Source: Candidatus Brocadiaceae bacterium (GTDB lineage Bacteria; Planctomycetota; Brocadiia; SM23-32). From it: DNA of 44,660 nt. Every line of letters starts with the position of its first letter. The stretch's first letter is position 1. The notes beneath the pieces were generated by a model that saw only the letters and a list, made by a program, of their open reading frames with translations, was not told the origin of the DNA and searched no databases. The position numbers and the translations under genes were made by a program. Positions 36,706 through 44,660 of the stretch are shown one piece after another. Where the stretch lies: the NCBI GenBank assembly GCA_003551565.1, contig PUMZ01000165.1:1-44660 (forward strand), in the 5' to 3' direction.

Positions 36706-37186
36706 AAAGTTTGTCAAAATTTTGGATGGTTATCTGGAGCTGATCAAAAATCGGCGGAGGACGCTCGAACAAATGCGCGAGTGCATCCGGCAGAACAACA
36801 TGTCCCGGCTGCGCGGGCTGCTCTCGGAGGAGGCCGATATCGCCGCGGAAATGAAACAAATGGACCGCAAACACGCCGAATTCAGGCGGGCTATGACGCA
36901 GGAGAGCGGAATGGACGAGCTAAACGTTACGCTTGGCGCCATCGTTGAGACAACCGATCCGCCCGCCGCACTCGCGCTCAACGACAGGCGCGAACGCCTG
37001 GCTTGCGCCATAGAACAGCTTCGCGAGGAAGCCGAGCTCACACGCAGACTGGTTGACTTTGGCCTCGACGTCAACAACCGTTTGATGGAAGAGATCCTGC
37101 ACCAAACCGGCACCGTCCGCACTTATGGAGCGGATGCGGAGATGCGTCAGGAACCGGCCGGTTTAACACTGCATAAAAACGCATAA
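36692..37186 (+). CDS. FlgN-like flagellar chaperone (tentative)
   Basis: A 164-aa helical protein located directly before flgK. The N-terminal LDGYLELIKNRRRTLEQMRECIRQNNMSRLRGLL resembles FlgN. Confidence 0.5.
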   Translation: MKAPEKFVKILDGYLELIKNRRRTLEQMRECIRQNNMSRLRGLLSEEADIAAEMKQMDRKHAEFRRAMTQESGMDELNVTLGAIVETTDPPAALALNDRRERLACAIEQLREEAELTRRLVDFGLDVNNRLMEEILHQTGTVRTYGADAEMRQEPAGLTLHKNA

Positions 37187-37197
37187 AAGGTGAAATA

Positions 37198-39186
37198 ATG
37201 AGCGGGTTTACCATAGGAATTAACGCGCTGCGAACCGCCCTGCAGAGGATGAACGTGGCCGGGCACAATATCGCAAACGTCCATACGCCCGGATACCATT
37301 CGCGCAAGGCCAACCAGATTCCGGTCCACGGCGGCGGTGGGGGGGCGCAATTCGACGGCATGGGAGTCGATATCTCTTATATCTCCAGGGCCAGGGACGT
37401 GCTCATCGATGAAGGCCTGTTGCGGCACAGGCAGGAAGCGGGATATTACTCGCAATTGGAGCGAATTATCCGGCACGTGGAGACGATGATCAACGAACCG
37501 AGCGATAGCGCCATGAGCGAAAGGCTTTCCGACCTGTTCTCCACCATGCAAAGATGGGCGGGAGAGCCCGACGACCCGACCCTCCAGCAGGCTGTCATTA
37601 ACAAAGCCGACGCCGTCTCCGGCATGTTCAACCATATGGATCGCGAACTGGTCTACCTCAGGGATAACCTTTTCTCCGCTGCAGAGGATACCATAAATGA
37701 AATCAACCGCTTGACCCGATCCATCGCAAGCCTCAACGAAGATATAAAGTCCACATACGCGGCAGGCAGAAGTGCCGCAGGACTGGAAGATGAAAGGGAC
37801 CAGATGATACACAATCTTGCGGAACTGGTTAATTTCAGCACCCATGAGACCGCCGAAGGGGTCAAGAGCATAAACTCCGGCGGCGTGATGCTGGTCAGCG
37901 ACGTGACCAACAACGAACTGACCGTGGTGGAACAGGATGGCGTGTTGAGAATTTTTGCCGGGGACAGAATCAAAAACGAGATTGCAGTTCCCGGCGGACG
38001 ACTGGGCGGCATCTCGACAGCACATAAGGAAATAATAACGAAATATATGGACTCACTCGATGAACTGGCCAACGGCCTGCGCAGACAGCTCAACCTCATC
38101 CATACCACCGGACTGGTGCAGGGCGGGAGGTTTACGGAACTGGAAGGCGGTAATCCTTTCACATCAGAGGAATCCATGGTGCATGAGCTGGGCTACGATG
38201 TGCCGGAAGGACAGGACTTTTTGCTGATCATCAACGTCGAAGACGCCCACGGAAATATCACCCCCCATGAGCTTGAGATCGATACCGACCAGAGCGCCCG
38301 TGATTTTTTAGATGATATCATAGACCGAATAAACGATATTAACGGAGTAAAAGCAATCGATAACGAGGGACGGTTGCGCATCGAGGCCGACCCCGACAAC
38401 GGAGGATATGCTTTTGGTTTCGCCACTCCCTTCAACCCATTCCCCGATCCGTCCACCAGCACCGAGCTGAAACCGGAGATTTTCGGGGAGTTTACCGGAA
38501 ATGAAAACCTCCGCTACACCGTGAGCTTCGGAGGAGACGGCACGGTGGGTGAAGATAACCTCCAGATGCAGATAGAGGTGGAGGATCCGCAAGGAAATAC
38601 CAGAACCTTCACACGTACGGTGGACGAAAACTACGTGCCCGGAACCGCAATCCATATCGAACAGGGACTGCGTCTGAGCTTGGAAGGAGTGCCGGTTGAA
38701 GAGGGGGAAGAAATCCAATTTGCCGCCTATGCAACTATGGACGAGGCGGGCATTCTCGATGCGCTGGGAATCAATACCTTCCTCAGCGGACAGGGGGCGG
38801 CCGGACTCGGTGTTTCCCGGCGCCTGAAAGAAGAGCCGGCCATGTTCGCCACCTCCATGCGACCGGTCACGGGAGATAACAAAAATCTGCTCAAAATAGC
38901 TGATTTGAACGAAGAAAGGCTCATGAGCCGCGGCACCGCCACATTCCATGAGTATTACAACAATCTGGTAACCGATGTGGGCGCCATGCACCAGAGCATT
39001 CAAAACACCTTGAGAAGTGAAGAAGATCTTGTTAAAGAACTGAGCAACCAGAGAGAATCGGTGATCGGCGTGAATATGGAAGAACAACTGGTGGAAATTA
39101 TGCAGAGTAAAAACCTCTATCAGGGCGCCATGCGATACATCACGGTGGTGACCGGGTATTTCGATGAGCTTGCGGCGCTGATCTGA
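37198..39186 (+). CDS. flgK: Flagellar hook-associated protein 1 FlgK
   Basis: MSGFTIGINALRTALQRMNVAGHNIANVHTPGY; C-terminal EEQLVEIMQSKNLYQGAMRYITVV. Confidence 0.9.
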   Translation: MSGFTIGINALRTALQRMNVAGHNIANVHTPGYHSRKANQIPVHGGGGGAQFDGMGVDISYISRARDVLIDEGLLRHRQEAGYYSQLERIIRHVETMINEPSDSAMSERLSDLFSTMQRWAGEPDDPTLQQAVINKADAVSGMFNHMDRELVYLRDNLFSAAEDTINEINRLTRSIASLNEDIKSTYAAGRSAAGLEDERDQMIHNLAELVNFSTHETAEGVKSINSGGVMLVSDVTNNELTVVEQDGVLRIFAGDRIKNEIAVPGGRLGGISTAHKEIITKYMDSLDELANGLRRQLNLIHTTGLVQGGRFTELEGGNPFTSEESMVHELGYDVPEGQDFLLIINVEDAHGNITPHELEIDTDQSARDFLDDIIDRINDINGVKAIDNEGRLRIEADPDNGGYAFGFATPFNPFPDPSTSTELKPEIFGEFTGNENLRYTVSFGGDGTVGEDNLQMQIEVEDPQGNTRTFTRTVDENYVPGTAIHIEQGLRLSLEGVPVEEGEEIQFAAYATMDEAGILDALGINTFLSGQGAAGLGVSRRLKEEPAMFATSMRPVTGDNKNLLKIADLNEERLMSRGTATFHEYYNNLVTDVGAMHQSIQNTLRSEEDLVKELSNQRESVIGVNMEEQLVEIMQSKNLYQGAMRYITVVTGYFDELAALI

Positions 39187-39271
39187 GAGATGCGTTCATT
39201 ATATGCCGGCGCATTGTTGCCGGAGTAAAAAACTGGAACATCCGTCCGAAGCAGCCGGTGAGGTCAAAAAC

Positions 39272-40174
39272 ATGAGAATTACACAGAGCATACTGGACAG
39301 GAACTCGTTGCACGCCATCAGCCGCAATTTCGAAAAAATAGGACAACTCAACGAACAGCTTTCCTCGGGGAAACGGGTCAATACCGTTTCCGATGATGTG
39401 CTGGCAACCCGCGACATCCTGAGGTTTGAACGTGACAACGCCCAGTTGCAGATATTCAACGACAATGCAGAAGGTGTGAAAGCAACACTCGGCTTTGCAA
39501 CCGGCAACCTGCAACATGCTTCCGAAGCGCTGACGCAGACAAAAGAAATCGCCGTGCAGGGCGCCACAGGCACTTACAGCGCTTCCGAGCGGGCAGTGAT
39601 GGCCGAGGGCATTGATGCGCATCTCAATTCCCTCCTCTCCCTCGCCAACACCAGATATCAGGGCCGTTACATGTTCGGCGGGCAGGAAACCGGTCACCCG
39701 CCGTTCCAGGCGGAACTCAACGAACAGGGGGATATCGGCAAGATCAACTACCGGGGCACAACCTCCACGACAAAAGTGCGGATCGGGCCGGGAATCGAAT
39801 CCGAAACCTCGTTTGCCGGCCGCCCCATCTTCCAGGGGAAGACGGATGCCTTCGCCACCCTGATCAATCTCAGGGATGCGTTGCGGGAGAACGATACCGA
39901 TGCCATTGATGAAGCAATCGGCGATCTCGATAACGCCCAGGATAATATCACCAGGAATCTCGGAAACCTCGGCGAACGGACCGCACAGATGGATGTCATG
40001 CAGAATTCCGTGGAAACAATGATGTTTATGAATAAGAGACTCCAGAGCGAGCGGCAGGATGCCGATATCGCCGAAGTCGCCATGGAATACACCAACATGA
40101 TGACTTTGCTGCAAACGGTCATGAAAGTGGCTTCGAGCGCCGCCCAGATGCCTTCCATTGCTCACTATATGTGA
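39272..40174 (+). CDS. flgL: Flagellar hook-associated protein 3 FlgL
   Basis: MRITQSILDRNSLHAISRNFEKIGQLNEQLSSGKRVNTVSDD; flagellin-like C-terminus EVAMEYTNMMTLLQTVMKVASS. Confidence 0.85.
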   Translation: MRITQSILDRNSLHAISRNFEKIGQLNEQLSSGKRVNTVSDDVLATRDILRFERDNAQLQIFNDNAEGVKATLGFATGNLQHASEALTQTKEIAVQGATGTYSASERAVMAEGIDAHLNSLLSLANTRYQGRYMFGGQETGHPPFQAELNEQGDIGKINYRGTTSTTKVRIGPGIESETSFAGRPIFQGKTDAFATLINLRDALRENDTDAIDEAIGDLDNAQDNITRNLGNLGERTAQMDVMQNSVETMMFMNKRLQSERQDADIAEVAMEYTNMMTLLQTVMKVASSAAQMPSIAHYM

Positions 40175-40233
40175 GACCGGTTGCTGGTGTTCGGCGCCGT
40201 GCCCTCTTTTTCTCACGGGCAAGAGAAAGCAGA

Positions 40234-40249
40234 AACAGGCAACCCTGTT
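40234..40249 (+). terminator. Weak hairpin plus T-run after flgL
   Basis: AACAGG-CAAC-CCTGTT, followed by CGCAATGTTTTTTGATTTT. Confidence 0.3.
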
Positions 40250-40335
40250 CGCAATGTTTTTTGATTTTAAAAACCTTTTTTGCCTCAGGAACATCCGCAA
40301 AGCTGAAGCACGGCCGGAAAAAACACCTTCAACAA

Positions 40336-40734
40336 ATGCCGACAATCACGGGAATGAACCGGAATAAACTCATCGAAGAAGCCCATGAACTCCGCAAATG
40401 CTGCGAGGAACTCCATGCGCACACCGGCCGGATCACCGGCGGCGAAAGCGAGGACATTGCACGCCGAACCCTCACCCACCTGGAAGAAACAGGCTCCCTG
40501 CGCCGGCGCCTGGGGCGGCTGTATGAATCCTTAATCGGGGAGAGCCATTCCGTCGTAAAGGAAACGCTCCGGGAGTGCGACCGCTTGCTGCTCAGCACGC
40601 AACAGGACTACCAAAAAGTGCGGGAAGAACTGGGTGCTGAGAAGAGCCGTACCGGCAAGGAACTTCAGTGCCTGCAGGGGGCAAAAAAAGTGGTAAGCAC
40701 ATACGGGAAAGGGGCAAGCGGAAAGGAAAAGTAA
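40336..40734 (+). CDS. Hypothetical helical protein at the end of the flgKL unit
   Basis: This is the helical-looking part of the 40171-40734 ORF. Starts at ATG 40336 or 40354 are plausible; the upstream portion of the ORF looks non-coding. No family was recognised. Confidence 0.4.
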   Translation: MPTITGMNRNKLIEEAHELRKCCEELHAHTGRITGGESEDIARRTLTHLEETGSLRRRLGRLYESLIGESHSVVKETLRECDRLLLSTQQDYQKVREELGAEKSRTGKELQCLQGAKKVVSTYGKGASGKEK

Positions 40735-40795
40735 AAAGATCATTCTTTTCACGAGGGAATTTGGGCGAGAATGGGGGCTTCAAACGTCAGCCGCA

Positions 40796-41455
40796 TTATT
40801 CCGTATTGAACGTGGCGAGTATTTTTCTCGCCAAGCGATCGGCGATATAACGGGAGAAAAAAGAAGGTGATATGACCATCAGATCGGGGCCATAGTATTG
40901 TATGTCGTCCGGCCCGTAGCTTTCCGTATAATAGGATTTCATGTCTCCCATCCTTTTCAACTCGCCGGCATTCCAGGTCCTGGATATGGAAAAAATCACC
41001 GACCCGTCGTCAGTGTCCACCGCCTTGGCGCTGACGCCTATGGAAAGATCGAAATAATAGGGGTTGAAGCTGTCGATCCGGCCGAGTATCACGGCATCGG
41101 ATTGAAATGTCCGGCGCATTTCGGTCAGAAATCCCACGGGGACCGAGCCCCTGTCCAGGGGCCTGCCCGACTTCATCCTCACCTCGGTCGGAGCCACGGT
41201 ATTGACGTCAACATTGTCCGTGTAAGTGGACAGCCTGTCGGCAAGCAGTTTTCCGAACCCAACGCCGAAATCCTCATGCGGTGCATCGTAATAAAACTCC
41301 AGAACGGTCACCCGCCGGTATCCTCCCATATGATCGGCGGGCTCGGGCATGCCTTCGCCCGTCGCGCAACCCCCGCACAAAACAACGGCAGGAATCAGAA
41401 ATAGCGACAGAACTGAGAGAGTATGGCGGCAGTTACCAATGGTTGTTGCCTGCAT
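40796..41455 (-). CDS. Putative lipoprotein (LpoB/CsgG/FlgO-like N-terminal pattern)
   Basis: Signal sequence ending LFLIPAVVLCGGC. RRVTVLEFYYDAPHEDFGVGFGKLLADRL resembles the V-x-V-L-x-F...G...A(D/E)xL pattern of small periplasmic-face lipoproteins. It is the last gene of the fliA unit. Confidence 0.6.
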   Translation of the reverse strand: MQATTIGNCRHTLSVLSLFLIPAVVLCGGCATGEGMPEPADHMGGYRRVTVLEFYYDAPHEDFGVGFGKLLADRLSTYTDNVDVNTVAPTEVRMKSGRPLDRGSVPVGFLTEMRRTFQSDAVILGRIDSFNPYYFDLSIGVSAKAVDTDDGSVIFSISRTWNAGELKRMGDMKSYYTESYGPDDIQYYGPDLMVISPSFFSRYIADRLARKILATFNTE

Positions 41456-41470
41456 GTCGATCCTCCCGAT

Positions 41471-42106
41471 TCAGTTAGCGTTATCTTCTTCCGCGAAGGA
41501 TCTCTGCATGATCCCCATAATGGTCTGCAGGACTTCGATCTGTGCCTCGTGGTAGTCACGCATCTCCTCCCGGAAGCCCAGCACGTCGCTGCGCCACTGT
41601 TCGAGTGATTCCTCCATCTCCTTCAACCGTTCTTCATAAGTCTCCGTTTCCAGCTTGAGTTCCTCGATCTTCTTTTCTTTTTCCCTGATGACCGACTCCA
41701 TTGTTTCGTTTTTTTTCCTCAGTTGCCTGTTTTCGGACTGACGCAGGGCCAAAGTCCGGGTCGCCTCTTCCAGAATCTCGGTCAGCGCCCTCCTTTCTCC
41801 CGAAAGTGGCATTTCTCCGATGTCTGTCCCGAGGATGTGCCCGGCCCGTATCCAGTGATCGGATTCTTCACCTGCACCTCCACCGTGCTCCTTCCTCTCT
41901 GCCTCCCCGGGCTGGCGGCTATCCCTGAGTTCTCCGTCTGTCTCGTTTCCTCCGGCTGAGACGCTTGTTTCCGTTTCCTCCGCCCGTTCTCCTGTCTCGG
42001 GTTCGGAGCCTGTTTGCCTGCCTTCCGCTCCGGCGGGGGAGGGCGAGGTGATCAGGAACATAACACAACAGAGACAACCGCTGATCAAAAAACTTTTTCT
42101 GAACAC
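41471..42106 (-). CDS. Exported or membrane-anchored coiled-coil protein
   Basis: N-terminal hydrophobic segment FLISGCLCCVMFLITSPSPAGA, an acidic low-complexity linker, and a C-terminal heptad-rich region (EKKIEELKLETETYEERLKEMEESLEQW). Confidence 0.55.
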   Translation of the reverse strand: MFRKSFLISGCLCCVMFLITSPSPAGAEGRQTGSEPETGERAEETETSVSAGGNETDGELRDSRQPGEAERKEHGGGAGEESDHWIRAGHILGTDIGEMPLSGERRALTEILEEATRTLALRQSENRQLRKKNETMESVIREKEKKIEELKLETETYEERLKEMEESLEQWRSDVLGFREEMRDYHEAQIEVLQTIMGIMQRSFAEEDNAN

Positions 42107-42110
42107 AGTA

Positions 42111-42368
42111 TCAATCCTCCGTAGAATAATCGCATTCGACCATCAGTTCGCGTCCGCAAGGGCATCGGACATGGATATGCGTCACCGTACCTTCGTCGTC
42201 CTGGATCGGCTCCAGTTCCGGCTCCCCCGAGGGCACTTCCGCGGAAGTATCCCGATCCTCTTCTCCCGCAGGCGGGGTCCCGCAGGGGACTTTTCTGACC
42301 ACCCGCGAATGCCGGACCCGCCGGCGCTTCAGCAACTTATTATCGGCATGTTTCCCGACCATAACCAT
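42111..42368 (-). CDS. Small Cys-containing protein (possible zinc-ribbon-like)
   Basis: 85 aa ending THIHVRCPCGRELMVECDYSTED. It is separated by 2-4 nt from both neighbouring genes. Confidence 0.45.
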   Translation of the reverse strand: MVMVGKHADNKLLKRRRVRHSRVVRKVPCGTPPAGEEDRDTSAEVPSGEPELEPIQDDEGTVTHIHVRCPCGRELMVECDYSTED

Positions 42369-42370
42369 AA

Positions 42371-42664
42371 TCAGGTCCTCAGATCCAGGTTGCGTCCGAG
42401 GGAACCGTCGCCCTCTCTCTTTTTCGGCTCGATGTCATCCTCGCTGCTGTCCCTGTCCCGGCTTGGTGGCGTATCATCTGCGAGGCTACTTCTGGCATCC
42501 CGGTCGCCGGAATTTTTCCCCGCCACGCTGTCCATATGTTCTTTGAACTCTTCTTCCTCTCTCCGGTGCCTTTCCTTATTTTTGCGATCCTCTCCGTCCC
42601 GTTGTCCCAAACGCCGCGTTCTCTGGTACGGTTCAACCCTGTGTGGCCGCAGCTCGTCACCCAT
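42371..42664 (-). CDS. Highly charged low-complexity protein
   Basis: 97 aa rich in R/K/E/D. Its ATG overlaps the fliA stop (ATGGGTGA), which suggests translational coupling. Confidence 0.45.
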   Translation of the reverse strand: MGDELRPHRVEPYQRTRRLGQRDGEDRKNKERHRREEEEFKEHMDSVAGKNSGDRDARSSLADDTPPSRDRDSSEDDIEPKKREGDGSLGRNLDLRT

Positions 42665-43415
42665 CTCCGAGCACCTCCTTCAAGGTTCTTTCCAGGTTAT
42701 ATATTGCTTCGGTATGTATTTGAGAGACCCTTGACTGCGTGACTCCGAGCACCTCGGCGATTTCAACCATATACAGTTCTTCGTAATAATACATGACGAT
42801 CACCTGCTGTTCACGCACGGAAAGACCTTTTATGGCCGTGGTCAGATGTTCGGTCAAATCGGATTTCTCCAGTTGTTCCAGCGGCGTGTCGATATCGGAC
42901 TTGAGCAGGATGCCGCCAGCGTCTTCATCGTCTCTTTGTCCGCCTGCTCCCTGCCCTTCGAGGGAGTGAATATAGTTCCATTTTTCATAGGAAAGATAGC
43001 GCAACACTTCGTGGCGGGGACAGTCCAACAGTTCGGCCAGTTCGTCGACGGAAGGGCTGCGGCCGTGTTCGGCCCTGTAATCTCTTCCTGCACGGTACAT
43101 TGCACTCAATTTCGCCCTTGCGGACCTGCCCAGCGGATCTTCAGACCTCAACAGGTCAAGCATGGCGCCGCGGATGCGCCGGTAGGCAAAGGTGGAGAAC
43201 TTGGCGCCCGAAGCGGAGCTGTACCGCCGCGCCGCTTCAATAAGGCCGAGGGTGCCCGCGCTTATGAGATCCTCATACGATACGGCCGGCTGGAAAGTGA
43301 CATCCAGAGTCTCGGCGAGGCGCTTGACGAGTGCTATATTGTTCGTTATTTTGTCCCGTATGCTATGGGCGGCTTCCGCATAAGCCCCGTCCCGTTTTTT
43401 GGTTTTTGAAATCAT
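42657..43415 (-). CDS. fliA: Flagellar sigma factor FliA (sigma-28)
   Basis: Region 2 LISAGTLGLIEAARRYSSASGAKFSTFAYRRIRGAMLDLLR. Region 4 YYYEELYMVEIAEVLGVTQSRVSQIHTEAI. Confidence 0.93.
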   Translation of the reverse strand: MISKTKKRDGAYAEAAHSIRDKITNNIALVKRLAETLDVTFQPAVSYEDLISAGTLGLIEAARRYSSASGAKFSTFAYRRIRGAMLDLLRSEDPLGRSARAKLSAMYRAGRDYRAEHGRSPSVDELAELLDCPRHEVLRYLSYEKWNYIHSLEGQGAGGQRDDEDAGGILLKSDIDTPLEQLEKSDLTEHLTTAIKGLSVREQQVIVMYYYEELYMVEIAEVLGVTQSRVSQIHTEAIYNLERTLKEVLGDG

Positions 43416-43417
43416 AG

Positions 43418-43669
43418 TTATCGCTTATCCTTCTCCTCGTTGTCGTTAACCCGCCCGTCCCGGCAGAGGGCAAAGGAAACGTTGAGCGTTGTCCATACGA
43501 CCGCTCCGACCAGCAGCCCTCCAATGCCACTGCGACGGAAGGCGACGAAAGGCTCCATCCCGGACAGCAACGAGAGGAACATAGCGGCACAAAAAGCCGT
43601 TATCGCGGTCAGCGATGCTATGTTGGACGCCGCATTTGCCCGCATAGAAAGGTTTCCTCCCCATGGCAT
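43418..43669 (-). CDS. Small two-TM membrane protein immediately upstream of fliA
   Basis: Hydrophobic segments IASLTAITAFCAAMFLSLLSG and IGGLLVGAVVWTTLNVSFAL. Its stop lies 2 nt before the fliA ATG. The internal ATG at 43645 has a GGGGAGG RBS and may be the true start. Confidence 0.55.
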   Translation of the reverse strand: MPWGGNLSMRANAASNIASLTAITAFCAAMFLSLLSGMEPFVAFRRSGIGGLLVGAVVWTTLNVSFALCRDGRVNDNEEKDKR

Positions 43670-43861
43670 TTTCTCTGAATCATCTGCCTGCCTCAGGCCG
43701 GCCTCACCCTGCCCTCAGGGCAAAGACCCGTTTTTGATTGTCATCGACTTACCGGTTTCTGCCATGAACGCCGTTTTGCATTCACGTGCTGTTGTCAGAG
43801 CCGTTGATCGTCATCTTACGGTTACCTGGCGCGCCCGGGCCTTCGGATTGTGAAAGGTGCG

Positions 43862-43881
43862 AAAAAACGGCGGCCTGCCGC
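43862..43881 (-). terminator. Short hairpin plus T6 after flhA (minus strand)
   Basis: The minus strand reads GCGG-CAGG-CCGC-CG-TTTTTT about 10 nt after the flhA stop. Confidence 0.35.
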
Positions 43882-43890
43882 TCATCGCTC

Positions 43891-44660
43891 CTATCCATTC
43901 TCCGTCCCGACCCGGATCATTCCCACATTATTCACTTCGGTCTTCTCAGCGATCTCATCGTAAGAAATCACCGGCAGGTCGGGAAAGACCCTGGCGATCA
44001 TCCCCCGAACATGGGGGCGTATCTGAGAATCCACAAGCAGGACGATCTCCCCGCCGGCAGCAAACGCTTCCTGCGTCTCTTCGCTTATCGCATTGATAAG
44101 CCCCCTGACCCTGCCGGGGGGGAGGCTGATGCGTGTCCCATCGTCGTCGTGCGCAATGGAGTCCCGAATTTCCTCCTCCAGGGTCGGGTCGAACGACAGA
44201 GCATTGAGCTTGCCTTCACTGTCGCAAAACTTCTCGCATATGGCCCTTGGGAGCGCTTTGCGTGCGAGCTCGCTCAGTGTGGCGGGATCCTTGACCTGAT
44301 CCACGCAGTTGCCGAGCGTCTCCAGAATATGCGAGAGATTGTTGATCGGGATATCTTCGGCAAGCAGTTTTTGAAGCACAACCTGCACCTGGGAGAGACC
44401 GAGTTTCTCCGGGATCAGCCCTTCCACAACGGCCGGGTTCTTTTCCCGCACTTTATCCACGAGCGATTTGACGTCCTGCCTGTTCAATATCTCGCTGGCG
44501 TGGCTGCGCAGGACTTCCGAGAGGTGGGTTATAAACACCGATTCCGCGTCCACGATGGTCATCCCCTTGCTCCTGGCGTTTTCCCGCTCGTTGCGGTCCG
44601 CCCAGATAACCGGCAGGCCAAAGCTCGGTTCCGTCGTCGTGATGCCTTCGACCCCTTCCG
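43891..44660 (-). CDS. flhA: Flagellar export protein FlhA, C-terminal part (5' end outside the window)
   Basis: The reading frame is open to the window edge (..EPSFGLPVIWADRNERENARSKGMTIVDAESV..). The cytoplasmic-domain sequence reads LVDKVREKNPAVVEGLIPEKLGLSQVQVVLQKLLAEDIPI. Confidence 0.9.
   Translation of the reverse strand, partial: EGVEGITTTEPSFGLPVIWADRNERENARSKGMTIVDAESVFITHLSEVLRSHASEILNRQDVKSLVDKVREKNPAVVEGLIPEKLGLSQVQVVLQKLLAEDIPINNLSHILETLGNCVDQVKDPATLSELARKALPRAICEKFCDSEGKLNALSFDPTLEEEIRDSIAHDDDGTRISLPPGRVRGLINAISEETQEAFAAGGEIVLLVDSQIRPHVRGMIARVFPDLPVISYDEIAEKTEVNNVGMIRVGTENG

Overview
High-GC bacterial chromosomal window. The gene content resembles a motile anaerobic deltaproteobacterium (Desulfobacterota-type), but the taxon is inference only.

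Layout, left to right:
1. 1-617: an AT-richer non-coding edge with short repeats.
2. 618-3092 (-): a sigma-54-dependent response regulator.
3. 3106-5825: a nested mobile insertion directly upstream of that regulator. An IS1634/IS4-like element (transposase 3457-5157) sits among hairpin repeats next to a GxxExxY PD-(D/E)XK-family gene (5303-5674). A 12/13-nt direct repeat brackets the whole block.
4. 6527-6763: a possible FlgM-like small ORF.
5. 7040-9629: two c-di-GMP genes, PAS-GGDEF-HD-GYP and REC-GGDEF.
6. 9960-31673 (+): a ~22-kb chemosensory supercluster in the order cheW, mcp with periplasmic CZB motif, porin-like OMP, 1495-aa dCache/PAS/GAF hybrid kinase, cheY, two CheX-like genes, cheA, ~1200-aa PAS hybrid kinase with Hpt, cheD-like lacking the catalytic Cys, cheR, cheD, cheY, CheX-like, cheB. 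Long gaps in it carry two families of duplicated repeats.
7. 32078-40174 (+): a flagellar operon behind a good sigma-54 promoter match, in the order flgF, flgG, flgA, flgH, flgI, rod-binding protein, flgN-like, flgK, flgL.
8. 40796-43669 (-): a convergent fliA operon with a small membrane protein upstream of fliA and four tightly coupled unknown genes downstream, preceded by the 3' part of flhA.

I saw no rRNA, tRNA or CRISPR array. Many long ORFs antisense to real genes are GC-driven shadows. All family calls come from motif reading by eye; no searches were run.
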